The translations under genes and the position numbers were made by a program. Positions 9,194-18,258 of a stretch of 22,391 nucleotides of DNA are shown piece after piece. The notes beneath the pieces were generated by a model, which saw only the letters and a program-made list of their open reading frames with translations, did not search any database and was not told the DNA's origin. Source of the stretch: Candidatus Aenigmatarchaeota archaeon (GTDB lineage Archaea; Aenigmatarchaeota; Aenigmatarchaeia; QMZP01); the NCBI GenBank assembly GCA_039091855.1, contig JAWCLA010000009.1, positions 1 to 22,391 of the forward strand, written 5' to 3'. Each line of letters starts with the position of its first letter. Position 1 is the first letter of the stretch.

Positions 9194-9732
9194 GATTCAA
9201 CTTCCCTTACGCTTATGTCATTACCTCTTTTTATTTCTATGAAACCGTAAAGGTTGGCCTTGTTTCTAACCCACTGTGTTGTTTTGGCCTTTCCTTCAAA
9301 ATTTATTTCTATGTCAAATCTGTCAGGAATTCCTGAAAAAACCCTGCTTTGCATTTCCCCGTCTTCAATGTTGAATTCCCATTGGCTTCCATCAACAGTT
9401 ATTATCGGATTGGTTTCCTTTCCCATAAAGTTGCCCGCTGTGACAACGAGGTCAGATTCCCACGGCTCAGCAACCACCCAGAAAAGCCTTAGCTGTTTTG
9501 ACTGTTGCAAAATGGAATTTTTAACAAAAATGGAAAACGAGGCAAGATTTTGCGTGCCGCTGCCTGACTTCATTCCCAAGTTAAATGCCCTCGGAAGTTC
9601 CATTTCGATATTCTCAGAAACAAATTTCAAGTCTCCCTTTCCCGAGCGGGCTTCAGGCCCATAAAATGGAAGACCTATTAAAAACAGCGCGCACACCAGA
9701 ACCGCACCCAAAATGAAAAACTGCGCTTTCAT
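9190..9732 (-). CDS. Class III signal peptide (pilin-like) protein
   Basis: MKAQFFILGAVLV: K-A/Q cleavage-type motif followed by a hydrophobic stretch. Confidence 0.7.
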   Translation of the reverse strand: MKAQFFILGAVLVCALFLIGLPFYGPEARSGKGDLKFVSENIEMELPRAFNLGMKSGSGTQNLASFSIFVKNSILQQSKQLRLFWVVAEPWESDLVVTAGNFMGKETNPIITVDGSQWEFNIEDGEMQSRVFSGIPDRFDIEINFEGKAKTTQWVRNKANLYGFIEIKRGNDISVREVES

Positions 9733-9734
9733 AC

Positions 9735-10097
9735 TTACCACAGGTATAGTTTAATCAGTAAAGGCTGATAGCTTTGGTATCCTGATATTATGTAGCTTCC
9801 TACCCAAACATTAAACGCTTCTGGTTTATAGCCAACACAATTTCCAGAAATGTCGCATATCTCTATGCTGTGGTTCATGTCATAAATCCTGACTTGCGAG
9901 TTTATCGAGCCCCAGTCGCCTGCCGCGGCATAAGGCCTTAGCGTTCCCTTATCATCAAGCTCTTTCAGTTTTTCGTATGCCCTTATAGAAAAATCCTGAG
10001 TAGAAGTTTTTGCGTAATTCTGGCTCACTGCAGCCACAAACCCAACTATTATTATGCCTGCTATCACTGCCTCAAGCATATACCAGAATCCTTTCAG
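9735..10097 (-). CDS. Class III signal peptide (pilin-like) protein, probable CTG start
   Basis: In-frame upstream extension gives (M)KGFWYMLEAVIAGII. In-frame TAG at 10107-10109; AGGGTGG RBS-like sequence before the CTG. Confidence 0.65.
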   Translation of the reverse strand: MKGFWYMLEAVIAGIIIVGFVAAVSQNYAKTSTQDFSIRAYEKLKELDDKGTLRPYAAAGDWGSINSQVRIYDMNHSIEICDISGNCVGYKPEAFNVWVGSYIISGYQSYQPLLIKLYLW

Positions 10098-10401
10098 ATT
10101 GCCACCCTATGAATTTTTGTTTTCTGGCTTAAAATATCAAACATCGGGTTGGCAATTTAACCGCTTTGTGGAAATCATCAGTAAAAAACCTGTGAAAGAT
10201 TTTACAGACTTCGTTTCAAAAAAAATTTATATATGGAAATCCAAAAAATAAAACGTAATGAAAGCCCATTACAAAAATCCTGAAAATGGGAAAAAGGCTG
10301 TTTCTGCATCGGAAAATATTTTCATAAAGTGGGGTTTATGACATTAGCTTTTTATATATTTGCAATAATTTTTTTATATTTACTATTTAGTAGTGATAAT
10401 A

Positions 10402-11586
10402 ATGACACTATTTAACAGCATACAGAACTTGGAGCTTAACGAGGCAGTCCTTAAACTCAGGAAGTTAAGGAAGGAATACGAGTTTGAGCTTTCAAAAAAA
10501 GCTAAAAAATACCGTAAAGGTGTAATACCGGAAAGGGAAATGAATAAGCTTTATGATGAATTTTTCTCGCGAGAGAATTTCGAGAGGATATTGCCAACAG
10601 ATACCATAATAAGAATAAAGGGGGATATGGTAAACGAGATGATAGTAAACGAAAACAACCTTTACAACCTAAATCACTCAATTTTGAAAAAACTAGGATC
10701 TGGCTACACGATTTCATTCATTTACATAGGAAAATGCATCAACTGTGGAAGTGAAACGGGAGAGAGGGAGATTGAGGTCGAGTCTCCGATATTAGACTGG
10801 AAATATGAAAGCAGCCCAGATTGCCTTGACGGGTTTTTTGAGGCAACAAAATGCACGAATTGTAACGGTTCAACAGAAGCAGTAAAGACTGTGAATAAGT
10901 TCAGCATTCTTGAAGACAATGAATATAACATAAGATTGACCCTTGTGCGAAAGAAATCAAAGGGAAGGCTTATTCCAAAATTTGTGGAGAAGATATCGGG
11001 AAAACAGAAAGACATAAGGGACATTTACGGCCTTACGACTATATGCGAGTCTGAGGATGACTGCAAAACAATACCGGAGCTTATGCTCAAATACAGCGAT
11101 AATGGGTGGATAGAGTGCAGGGATTTTATAACTATAATGGATAAAAAAGACGTTGGAAAATCGGATATCAGCAACCTGAAATACATACTTTACACAAACA
11201 GGAAGGGAAGGTTGAAAAAAAACAACATAGAGCCTGTTGAAATTAAGATAAGGTCGTGCGTTGACAGCAAAGGCAGAAAGATAACTGCTCCTTACAGGGC
11301 AATTCATATGGTTTTCCCTTACAAGGGGACAATAATAGAGGTACAGGCAAAGGATATGAATGAATACCAACAGGAAAATGACCCCAACTCTCCGCTTTTT
11401 CACGGAAACTATGTGAAATCAAGAGGCTACACGTGCGGAATGCACTATGAACAAATAAGCGAAATGGAGATGAGAAGAGGGTGGAGCGAGTTTGAGAAAA
11501 GGCTCGAAAGATTTCTTATAGAATCTGATGTTTTCGGGAATTACAGCCCAACCCTTTACTCCGGTGACTTCACTAACAAGAAATAA
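10402..11586 (+). CDS. Divergent RelA/SpoT synthetase-like nucleotidyltransferase with putative Zn ribbon
   Basis: RKKSKGRLIPK, DIRDIYGL, DFI, YRAIH, IEVQ, HGNY in canonical order; CINC and CTNC pairs N-terminal to them. Confidence 0.65.
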   Translation: MTLFNSIQNLELNEAVLKLRKLRKEYEFELSKKAKKYRKGVIPEREMNKLYDEFFSRENFERILPTDTIIRIKGDMVNEMIVNENNLYNLNHSILKKLGSGYTISFIYIGKCINCGSETGEREIEVESPILDWKYESSPDCLDGFFEATKCTNCNGSTEAVKTVNKFSILEDNEYNIRLTLVRKKSKGRLIPKFVEKISGKQKDIRDIYGLTTICESEDDCKTIPELMLKYSDNGWIECRDFITIMDKKDVGKSDISNLKYILYTNRKGRLKKNNIEPVEIKIRSCVDSKGRKITAPYRAIHMVFPYKGTIIEVQAKDMNEYQQENDPNSPLFHGNYVKSRGYTCGMHYEQISEMEMRRGWSEFEKRLERFLIESDVFGNYSPTLYSGDFTNKK

Positions 11587-11630
11587 AAGTGTTTTTATAT
11601 ATGGTTTCTCATTCTTTAATAGGCGATAGT

Positions 11631-12659
11631 ATGCAGCAGAGGGACAAAATTCTTATAATAAATGTGGACAGGGACGACGACATAGGGCAAAAGACAGGAA
11701 TAATGGGCCCTGTTATAGGAAAGGACAATGTACTGAAGGCAGGAACAGAGCTCGGAATAGCGGATCCTGAATGTTCTGACTTAAATGCGATATTTCAGAC
11801 GCTGAAAACATACGAGGAAATGAAAAAGCAATACAATGTGGAGATAGCGATACTCACAGGAGACAAGGATGTCGGGGTTAAGTCTGACAGGATAATAGGA
11901 GAACAGTTAAGAACAACACTTAGAAATTTCGAGGCAAATTTTGTGGTTCTGGTGACAGATGGAAGTGAGGACGAGCATGTCATCCCCGTTATTCAGTCAA
12001 GGATTCCTATTCTTTCCGTCAAAAGGGTTGTTGTAAAGCAGGCAGACGAGCTTCAGTCCATCTACTTCAAGGTCAAGGACTTCCTTAAGGAAAGTCTTGA
12101 GGATCCCAAAATATCCAGGCTTGTCCTGGGCATTCCTGCCATAGTCCTGATAATTTACGCGATTTTCGGCATTGAGGGATGGAGGCTTATGATTGGGGCC
12201 ATAGGTGCTTATCTGTTCATAAAGGGGTTCAAGCTTGATGACTATGTTACGAGAATGATTAACGAGTTCGTAAACTCGTTCCATCACAGAAGGTTTGCGT
12301 TTTTTGGATATGTTGCAGGGATGTGTCTTGCTGCCCTTGCGACTTACAGAGGATTCCTAGGTGTTATGGAGCAACCCGCAATTGGGATATTTGAAACTGC
12401 TGCCACATTTCTCGTTCATTCAGCCTTCCTTTACTTTATGGGTGGAACGATAGCTTGGATAGGAAGAAATGTAAGCGTAAAAAAGAGGACGATGGGAAAA
12501 ACGGCGTCAATACCACTTTTCGGATTTGCAATAACAATAGTCACTTACAGCGCTTCGCAGTCAATACTGAAAAACTCAACTGGAATAGACTTCATTTATT
12601 CATTAATTGTTGGCTTTGCCGTTCTTCTGGCGGCACTCATCCTCGAGTGGAAGGGCTGA
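11631..12659 (+). CDS. DUF373 family archaeal membrane protein
   Basis: VDRDDDIG.K.G..GP..G, ADPE.SD.N, VTDG.EDE, SV.RVVVKQ motifs plus C-terminal TMs. Confidence 0.9.
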   Translation: MQQRDKILIINVDRDDDIGQKTGIMGPVIGKDNVLKAGTELGIADPECSDLNAIFQTLKTYEEMKKQYNVEIAILTGDKDVGVKSDRIIGEQLRTTLRNFEANFVVLVTDGSEDEHVIPVIQSRIPILSVKRVVVKQADELQSIYFKVKDFLKESLEDPKISRLVLGIPAIVLIIYAIFGIEGWRLMIGAIGAYLFIKGFKLDDYVTRMINEFVNSFHHRRFAFFGYVAGMCLAALATYRGFLGVMEQPAIGIFETAATFLVHSAFLYFMGGTIAWIGRNVSVKKRTMGKTASIPLFGFAITIVTYSASQSILKNSTGIDFIYSLIVGFAVLLAALILEWKG

Positions 12660-12735
12660 TTTTCAAAAATCGCTATCTATCGCCACCATTTCCACCAAGA
12701 AACACCTCACAACTTCACAGGCATTTTCTTAATTG

Positions 12736-12893
12736 AACTCTCACTTTTGACTAAAATCCAGAAAATATATGACTATAAAATATATATTTTATTAATGTTT
12801 TTTTAATAAATATTTTAAAAATAATCTTTTAAAAAATATCTATTTTAAATATTTTATTAAAATAAATATATTAAAATATAACTATTATAAAAT
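12736..12893. repeat. Left AT-rich iterated tract (TTTTAWAAAATA-like units)
   Basis: Almost pure A/T over ~120 bp; outer boundary AACTCTCACTTTTG. Confidence 0.55.
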
Positions 12894-12967
12894 GAAACAC
12901 TAAAGATTTATATAACCAAATGACATAAAATCAACTGTTAATCTAATTTAATCACTTGGTGTGATAA

Positions 12968-13333
12968 ATGGGTCAAAACCGAATATTGGAGGACTTGTTT
13001 CTGAGGGAGAAGCCGTCAAGAATACTGATGGGTTTGAAAACAAGCAGGGACAAGCCTGTTTATGCGACCATTCTTGCTAAGGAATCCGACTGCACTTATT
13101 CCCACACCATAAAGATACTGAACACCTTCAAGAACCTCGGGATAGTGAAATTCGACAAGCAGGGACGCATAAAGAAGGTCATGCTCACTGATGATGGCTG
13201 GGACATAGCGCACAACATAGAGGCAATGATAAAGAAATTCAACCAGATAGAGGAGATGGCAGCAAAGGACAATGCCAAAAAGAAGGTGTTGCCTGGAAAG
13301 GCTAAGGAAGAGAAGAAGCCCCCTGCCGGCTAA
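12968..13333 (+). CDS. Winged-helix DNA-binding protein (MarR/ArsR-like)
   Basis: YATILAKESDCTYSHTIKIL...GIV.F.K.GR.K.V.LT..G. TTTATATA box at ~12907 and GGTG RBS. Confidence 0.85.
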   Translation: MGQNRILEDLFLREKPSRILMGLKTSRDKPVYATILAKESDCTYSHTIKILNTFKNLGIVKFDKQGRIKKVMLTDDGWDIAHNIEAMIKKFNQIEEMAAKDNAKKKVLPGKAKEEKKPPAG

Positions 13334-13456
13334 AACCTGTTTTTAGGGATTTTTTGCCTATGGAATATAGGGTATAAGCCATCAAAACACACCAAAAAAC
13401 AAGGTTTTTCTTCAGATTGGGAAAAAAACAGTGTCAATTTGTGCTTTTTTTTGTTT

Positions 13457-13487
13457 TTGGTTTACAATTCGTCATTTTGTCAACCAA
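13457..13487. other. dif/att-like inverted repeat (recombination core or operator)
   Basis: TTGGTTTACAA-TTCGTCATT-TTGTCAACCAA: 11-bp arms with 1 mismatch, abutting TTTATAAG TATA box at 13489-13496. Confidence 0.5.
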
Positions 13488-13524
13488 CTTTATAAGCGAA
13501 TCCTTCCCAATATAAAGAGATAGT

Positions 13525-14145
13525 ATGCCGGAATTCGCCTCAATGACTATGAAGGACCTGAAGGGCTATCTGACGGAGGAACAGGTGAACAGGATAATAT
13601 CAAAGGCAAAAAACCCCAGGGATCGCCTAATTTTGCAGATAATGTACAGGTGCGGCAGGCGGGTTTCAGAGGTCCTTATGATAACGAAGGAGGACATCCT
13701 TTGGGACGAAAACAAGATAATATTCAACATATTGAAGAGGAAGCGTCCTTTGAAGGAGATGAAGCCTGTTGATGTCGAAACGATGGAGCTTCTCAGAAAA
13801 TACGTGTCAAGCGTGCCTATAAAAGGGCTTAGGAAAAACATGAATGGGGAGAGGCTGTTTCCAGTGAGCAGGCAGTATGTATTCAAGATGCTCCGTAAGC
13901 TTGGGAAAGAGGCTGGAATAGAGTTTGTCGGAAAAAAGCGGCTGCATCCCCATCACCTGAGGCACAGCTTTGCCGTCCATCAGGTAAGGACGAAGGTGAA
14001 GACAGCTGAGGACCTGCGCAAGCTCCAGATGTACATGAGCCACGCAAATATCGCTACCACCAGCCACTATTTGCAGTTCTCTCCCGACGAGCTCAGGGAC
14101 CTTGTTGATGTATGGAGCGAGAAGAAAAGGCACTCAAAAAAATAA
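13525..14145 (+). CDS. Tyrosine recombinase (Xer/integrase catalytic domain only)
   Basis: GRRVSEV (R), ILK (K), HPHHLRHSFA (HxxR), MSH..I.TT..Y (H, Y). 206 aa with no N-terminal core-binding domain. Confidence 0.92.
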   Translation: MPEFASMTMKDLKGYLTEEQVNRIISKAKNPRDRLILQIMYRCGRRVSEVLMITKEDILWDENKIIFNILKRKRPLKEMKPVDVETMELLRKYVSSVPIKGLRKNMNGERLFPVSRQYVFKMLRKLGKEAGIEFVGKKRLHPHHLRHSFAVHQVRTKVKTAEDLRKLQMYMSHANIATTSHYLQFSPDELRDLVDVWSEKKRHSKK

Positions 14146-14295
14146 TTAATAAATAATATATTTTATTTAATTTGTTTTTTATTATATCTATAAAATAGAA
14201 TATTATTTAAAATAACTATTTTATAAGATTTTTTATAAAATATATTATATAAAAGATATTTTATAAAATATTCTTTTTGCCAAAAAGTGAGGGTT
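14140..14295. repeat. Right AT-rich iterated tract
   Basis: 14-bp tandem units TTTTATAAAATATA / TTATATAAAAGATA / TTTTATAAAATATT at 14231/14245/14259. Outer boundary CAAAAAGTGAGGGTT is inverted relative to the left tract boundary. Confidence 0.55.
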
Positions 14296-14441
14296 TGGTG
14301 AAATTTGACTCCCTTAAGGAAAGGGGCTGGTTCAAAAAAGTGTCGCTAAACACTGGTTTTAGTGGATTTGCAAAAACAAAGCGTGAGTTTGCAATGCAAA
14401 GGTTTATAAATGCATATATTAACACTTAACAAGTGGTAAAA

Positions 14442-14807
14442 ATGGCAAAAAACAAGGATTTCGTCGAGGAGTCAATAGAAAGGATAATAGAGTTCATAAA
14501 CGAGGAAAGAATGTACAACTCAAATGAGCCTGTCTACCTGCTAGGCAGGGTTTCGGCAGAGAGCAGGGTTCCTCACGGAACTGACACGGATTACGTTATG
14601 AAGCTCTTTTTATCCAATCGCTTTGGAAAAAAGCAAACCGGGTTCAAAAGGCCCGTGATGCTTCCAAACGATGAGGAAGAGACAAGGGACGGTCCTGCTT
14701 ATATGTGCAGGAAGATAACTGAAAATTTAGGCGGAATGAGAATTATGAACACATTACTAAAGGTTGAAAAAACTTCCCCATATACCTTTGAGATAAAGGA
14801 GAGATAG
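14442..14807 (+). CDS. Hypothetical protein
   Basis: ORF with TTTATAAA box at 14403; closely followed by the next gene. Confidence 0.65.
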   Translation: MAKNKDFVEESIERIIEFINEERMYNSNEPVYLLGRVSAESRVPHGTDTDYVMKLFLSNRFGKKQTGFKRPVMLPNDEEETRDGPAYMCRKITENLGGMRIMNTLLKVEKTSPYTFEIKER

Positions 14808-14809
14808 TT

Positions 14810-15295
14810 ATGAAATATGGATTTGAGCCCGCTTCAGGGGAAATTGACCCAGAAGATTTCTACTGCTACTTGAAGTCAAAGGACATACTCAGAAGTTTTA
14901 GAGAGACGGGTTTCAGCTATCCCTTCACCTCGGCTCTTGTGAAAATAGCCGAAACAGAAGGACTGGAAAAGAGCCAAAAGGAAAATGCAATGTCGGATAT
15001 AATTGAGGAAATGAAGGGTTTCTGCGAATTAAACTCTGAAAAAATAGAGCCTCTATTTTACAAGAACATAACAATGCTGCTTGATTGCGCAAGGAATGAC
15101 ATAAAAAGAGGGGATTTTTACGCCGCAATCTCTGATGTAGAGTCCATAGAATCAAACTATCTTTTCAAATTGCAGAAAGAGCTTTCAGAAATAAGGGCGC
15201 CCGATGTCAAGAACCTTCTCCTGAAAAGAATGGTGGAATCGCAAATGAATCTTTACGGGATGAGGGGGGTTTTTGTTGAGCTTGTTGAGGATTAA
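14810..15295 (+). CDS. Hypothetical helical protein
   Basis: 161 aa ORF 2 bp after the upstream stop; GGAG RBS. Confidence 0.7.
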   Translation: MKYGFEPASGEIDPEDFYCYLKSKDILRSFRETGFSYPFTSALVKIAETEGLEKSQKENAMSDIIEEMKGFCELNSEKIEPLFYKNITMLLDCARNDIKRGDFYAAISDVESIESNYLFKLQKELSEIRAPDVKNLLLKRMVESQMNLYGMRGVFVELVED

Positions 15296-15930
15296 GTTTT
15301 GTTAAAGCCATACTGCTTCCTGAATTGCGGGAGCGTCTCCTTCAATTTCTTGTAAAACTCTATGAATTCCCTGGCTTCATTCCTTATGTATTCCTCTATC
15401 TTTTCATACTCCTTGTTGTGATACCATATTGGAACGTTCAAGCCGCTCGATTCCTTTCCGGAGAACTTGTCCAGTCCTGAGTCCTTCAGCCTGAACGCGT
15501 TCATTCCGACACATATGTGCTTTATGTCTATTGCAGGCAGGTCGTTGTATATGAACCACACTGGATAGTTTATTCCATAAAGGGACGCCCTCTCCCTTAG
15601 CATCCCGAGGTCAAAATATATGTTGTGCCCAACGGGTATGAACTCCCACTTTCTGCTAGGGTTTATCATTGTTGCTATCTTCCTCACTATCTGCTCCTCA
15701 GAGGATTCCCATTCCCTGAATATCTGGAGGCTGCCTTTCGGCGTCCCGTCTTCCCTGAGCAGCTGATATTGGACGGTGATTATCTTGGAGTTTGTCGGAT
15801 TTGGGTCAGGCACCTTCCTTCCGAGCTTGAGCAACTCAACATACTTGGGGTCAGTATAGGCAATCTCTATGTCAAAGTACATTTCTGCCGAATTACCAAG
15901 AAAGCTCATTTTTTTGTCCGCGCTGTCCAT
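15292..15930 (-). CDS. RNase H-like / DnaQ-like exonuclease-fold protein
   Basis: YFDIE (ExoI-like), GHNIYFDL (ExoII-like), IDIK, YIRNE (ExoIII-like). Confidence 0.65.
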   Translation of the reverse strand: MDSADKKMSFLGNSAEMYFDIEIAYTDPKYVELLKLGRKVPDPNPTNSKIITVQYQLLREDGTPKGSLQIFREWESSEEQIVRKIATMINPSRKWEFIPVGHNIYFDLGMLRERASLYGINYPVWFIYNDLPAIDIKHICVGMNAFRLKDSGLDKFSGKESSGLNVPIWYHNKEYEKIEEYIRNEAREFIEFYKKLKETLPQFRKQYGFNKT

Positions 15931-16096
15931 AATGTCACGTTTAAACTTTTTATTTTAAGTTAACTGAAAATTCACTAAAACTATCAATAAGATCCTGCAT
16001 AGAGATATTACTCAACAATTTATATATCTTATAATGCTGAAAACCAAAGAAACGGAGTTACCGCTTTTTATAAAACCTTGTTTTCAATATTCCCCT

Positions 16097-17914
16097 ATGA
16101 AAGGCAGGAAGGAGGAGTCGCAAACGAGAAGGAAGAGCAGGATTGCTGTCATAGACAGGGAGCTCTGCAATCCCCAGTCGTGTGGGCTTTACCTTTGCAA
16201 TAAAGTTTGCCCTGTAAACCGCTCAGGACAGGACTGCATAACCGTTTCCGAAACAGACAAAAAACCCCTCATAAACGAGGATTTGTGTGTTGGCTGCGGT
16301 ATATGCTGCAAGAAGTGCCCAAAGGGTGCGATAGAGGTAGTTAACCTTCCAGGAGAGCTTGAGGAGGCTCCTGTCCACAGGTACGGGAAGAACCTTTTTG
16401 CGCTTTACAGGCTACCAATCCCGAAGAAAAAGTCCGTGACGGGGCTGATAGGCCAAAACGGGGTCGGAAAGTCCACTGTTTTGAAAATACTTTCAGGAGA
16501 GGTCAAGCCGAACTCAGGGCTTTTCGGAAGGGAGCAGGAATGGGAATCAATAATCGAAAGGTTCAGGGGAACAGAGCTTCAGGACTATCTGGAAAAGCTC
16601 TCGGAGAGAAAAATAAGGGCGGCCCACAAGCCACAGCAGGTTGACCTCATACCAAAAATCTGGAAGGGAAGGGTTTCAGAACTTCTGGAAAGGATTTCGC
16701 AAAACCCGGAACCTGTTGTGAAAGCTCTTGGGATGGTCGGTATGCTTGATAAAGAGATAACGGGGCTTTCGGGTGGGGAGCTCCAGCTGCTTGCCATTGC
16801 AGCGACTATGCTGAAGGACGCTGATTTTTACTTTTTTGACGAGCCTTCAAGCTATCTTGATGTTTACCAAAGACTTTCTGTCGCGAGGGAGATAAGGAGG
16901 CTTACAGAGAAAGCTGTTGTTATGGTGATAGAACACGACCTTGCGGTCGCTGACTATCTGGCTGATTATGTCCACATACTTTACGGAAAACCCGGGGTTT
17001 TTGGTGTTGTCTCAAACCCGTTCAGCGTCAGGGTTGGGATAAACACATATCTCGAGGGGTACATTCAGGAAGAGAATGTTAGGTTCAGGGAGGAGGCAAT
17101 AATGTTCACCAGGACTGCAAAGTCGTCTGAAAAGAACAAACCATTTCTTGATTTTCCGGGGTTTGAGAAAAAATTTCACGGGTTTTCGGTCAAAACAGAT
17201 GGGGGAACAATTCACAAGGGAGAAATAATAGGCATACTGGGTCCCAACAGCACGGGAAAAACCACATTCATAAAGATGCTTGCGGGTATTTTGAAGCCTG
17301 ACAAAATTCTAAATTCGCAAAATTTAGAAAACAAGATGAATGAATTGAGGCTTTCCTATAAGCCACAGATGTTAGCAGCGGGGGATGAAGACATTACCGT
17401 GGAGGAATTCATAAGAAAATCCAAGAGCGAGCTTTCGGCAGAAGAAAGGTCTCTTCTCAGGAATCTTGGCGTTGAACGGATGTTCCTTAGGAGAATGGGC
17501 TCGCTTTCAGGAGGGGAGATGCAATCCGCTTTCGTTTCCGCCTGCCTTCTCAAGGAGTGCGACATTCTTCTTATGGACGAGCCTTCGGCTTTTCTCGACG
17601 TGGAACAAAGATTGAGGGTTGCAAAGGTGTTAAGGTCAAAGAGCGAATCAACGGGAATACCCTGTTTTATAGTTGATCACGATTTGCAGTTTATTGACGC
17701 CATTTCAGACAGGGTTATGATTTTTGAGGGAACCCCAGGAAAGCAAGGTCATGGGCTTAAGCCATGTGAATTGAACGAGGGAATGAACAAGTTCCTTAAA
17801 AATGTCGGTATAACATTCAGGAGGGATCCGCAGACGGGAAGGCCGCGCGCTAATAAGCCAGGCTCACAGAAGGATGTGGAACAGAAGGAAAGCGGAAAAT
17901 ATTACTACAGCTGA
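16097..17914 (+). CDS. rli: Ribosome recycling ATPase ABCE1 (RLI)
   Basis: N-terminal FeS Cys clusters (C.P..C...C...CP; CVGCGICCKKCP), two ABC domains (GQNGVGKS, GPNSTGKT, LSGGE, DEPS), ITFRRDP.TGRPR.NK.GS.KD.EQK tail. Confidence 0.97.
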   Translation: MKGRKEESQTRRKSRIAVIDRELCNPQSCGLYLCNKVCPVNRSGQDCITVSETDKKPLINEDLCVGCGICCKKCPKGAIEVVNLPGELEEAPVHRYGKNLFALYRLPIPKKKSVTGLIGQNGVGKSTVLKILSGEVKPNSGLFGREQEWESIIERFRGTELQDYLEKLSERKIRAAHKPQQVDLIPKIWKGRVSELLERISQNPEPVVKALGMVGMLDKEITGLSGGELQLLAIAATMLKDADFYFFDEPSSYLDVYQRLSVAREIRRLTEKAVVMVIEHDLAVADYLADYVHILYGKPGVFGVVSNPFSVRVGINTYLEGYIQEENVRFREEAIMFTRTAKSSEKNKPFLDFPGFEKKFHGFSVKTDGGTIHKGEIIGILGPNSTGKTTFIKMLAGILKPDKILNSQNLENKMNELRLSYKPQMLAAGDEDITVEEFIRKSKSELSAEERSLLRNLGVERMFLRRMGSLSGGEMQSAFVSACLLKECDILLMDEPSAFLDVEQRLRVAKVLRSKSESTGIPCFIVDHDLQFIDAISDRVMIFEGTPGKQGHGLKPCELNEGMNKFLKNVGITFRRDPQTGRPRANKPGSQKDVEQKESGKYYYS

Positions 17915-18258
17915 GATTTTTTCCTTATTTCTCCGGCAAGTTTTACTATCAGTTTTCGGTAAATGAAGGCGGCAATCACCAAAATCAAAACCACCCAAAA
18001 AAGCGCTATTTTCGTGGCCGAGAGAACCAAAGTTATCGCTCCTGAAACTATTGCAGAAATGAGGCACTCTATTATGAAAACCCCCCTTCCTGTCACCATA
18101 ACGCCATCCATAAGGACAAAAATTCCAATCACGACCAAAAGCGCACCTAAAAATCCATACTGGTTTGCAATGCCGCTTACAACAAGACCACCCCCAACAA
18201 CTCCCTTTAAGATGCTTGTCCAGTTTAAAAGAGGTGGGTAGATTATTTCCTTTGCCAT
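17905..18258 (-). CDS. Small 4-TM membrane protein
   Basis: Four hydrophobic helices; ATG directly follows the repeat-derived GAGGCGAAGCTT. Confidence 0.75.
   Translation of the reverse strand: MAKEIIYPPLLNWTSILKGVVGGGLVVSGIANQYGFLGALLVVIGIFVLMDGVMVTGRGVFIIECLISAIVSGAITLVLSATKIALFWVVLILVIAAFIYRKLIVKLAGEIRKKSQL

Noticed and set aside
14306-14326. ORB-like origin box (CCCCTTAAGGAAAGGGG)
   Set aside because: Only the G-string resembles ORB; the TTCCAGTGGAAA core is absent and no orc1/cdc6 gene is nearby. It is equally explained as a small hairpin.
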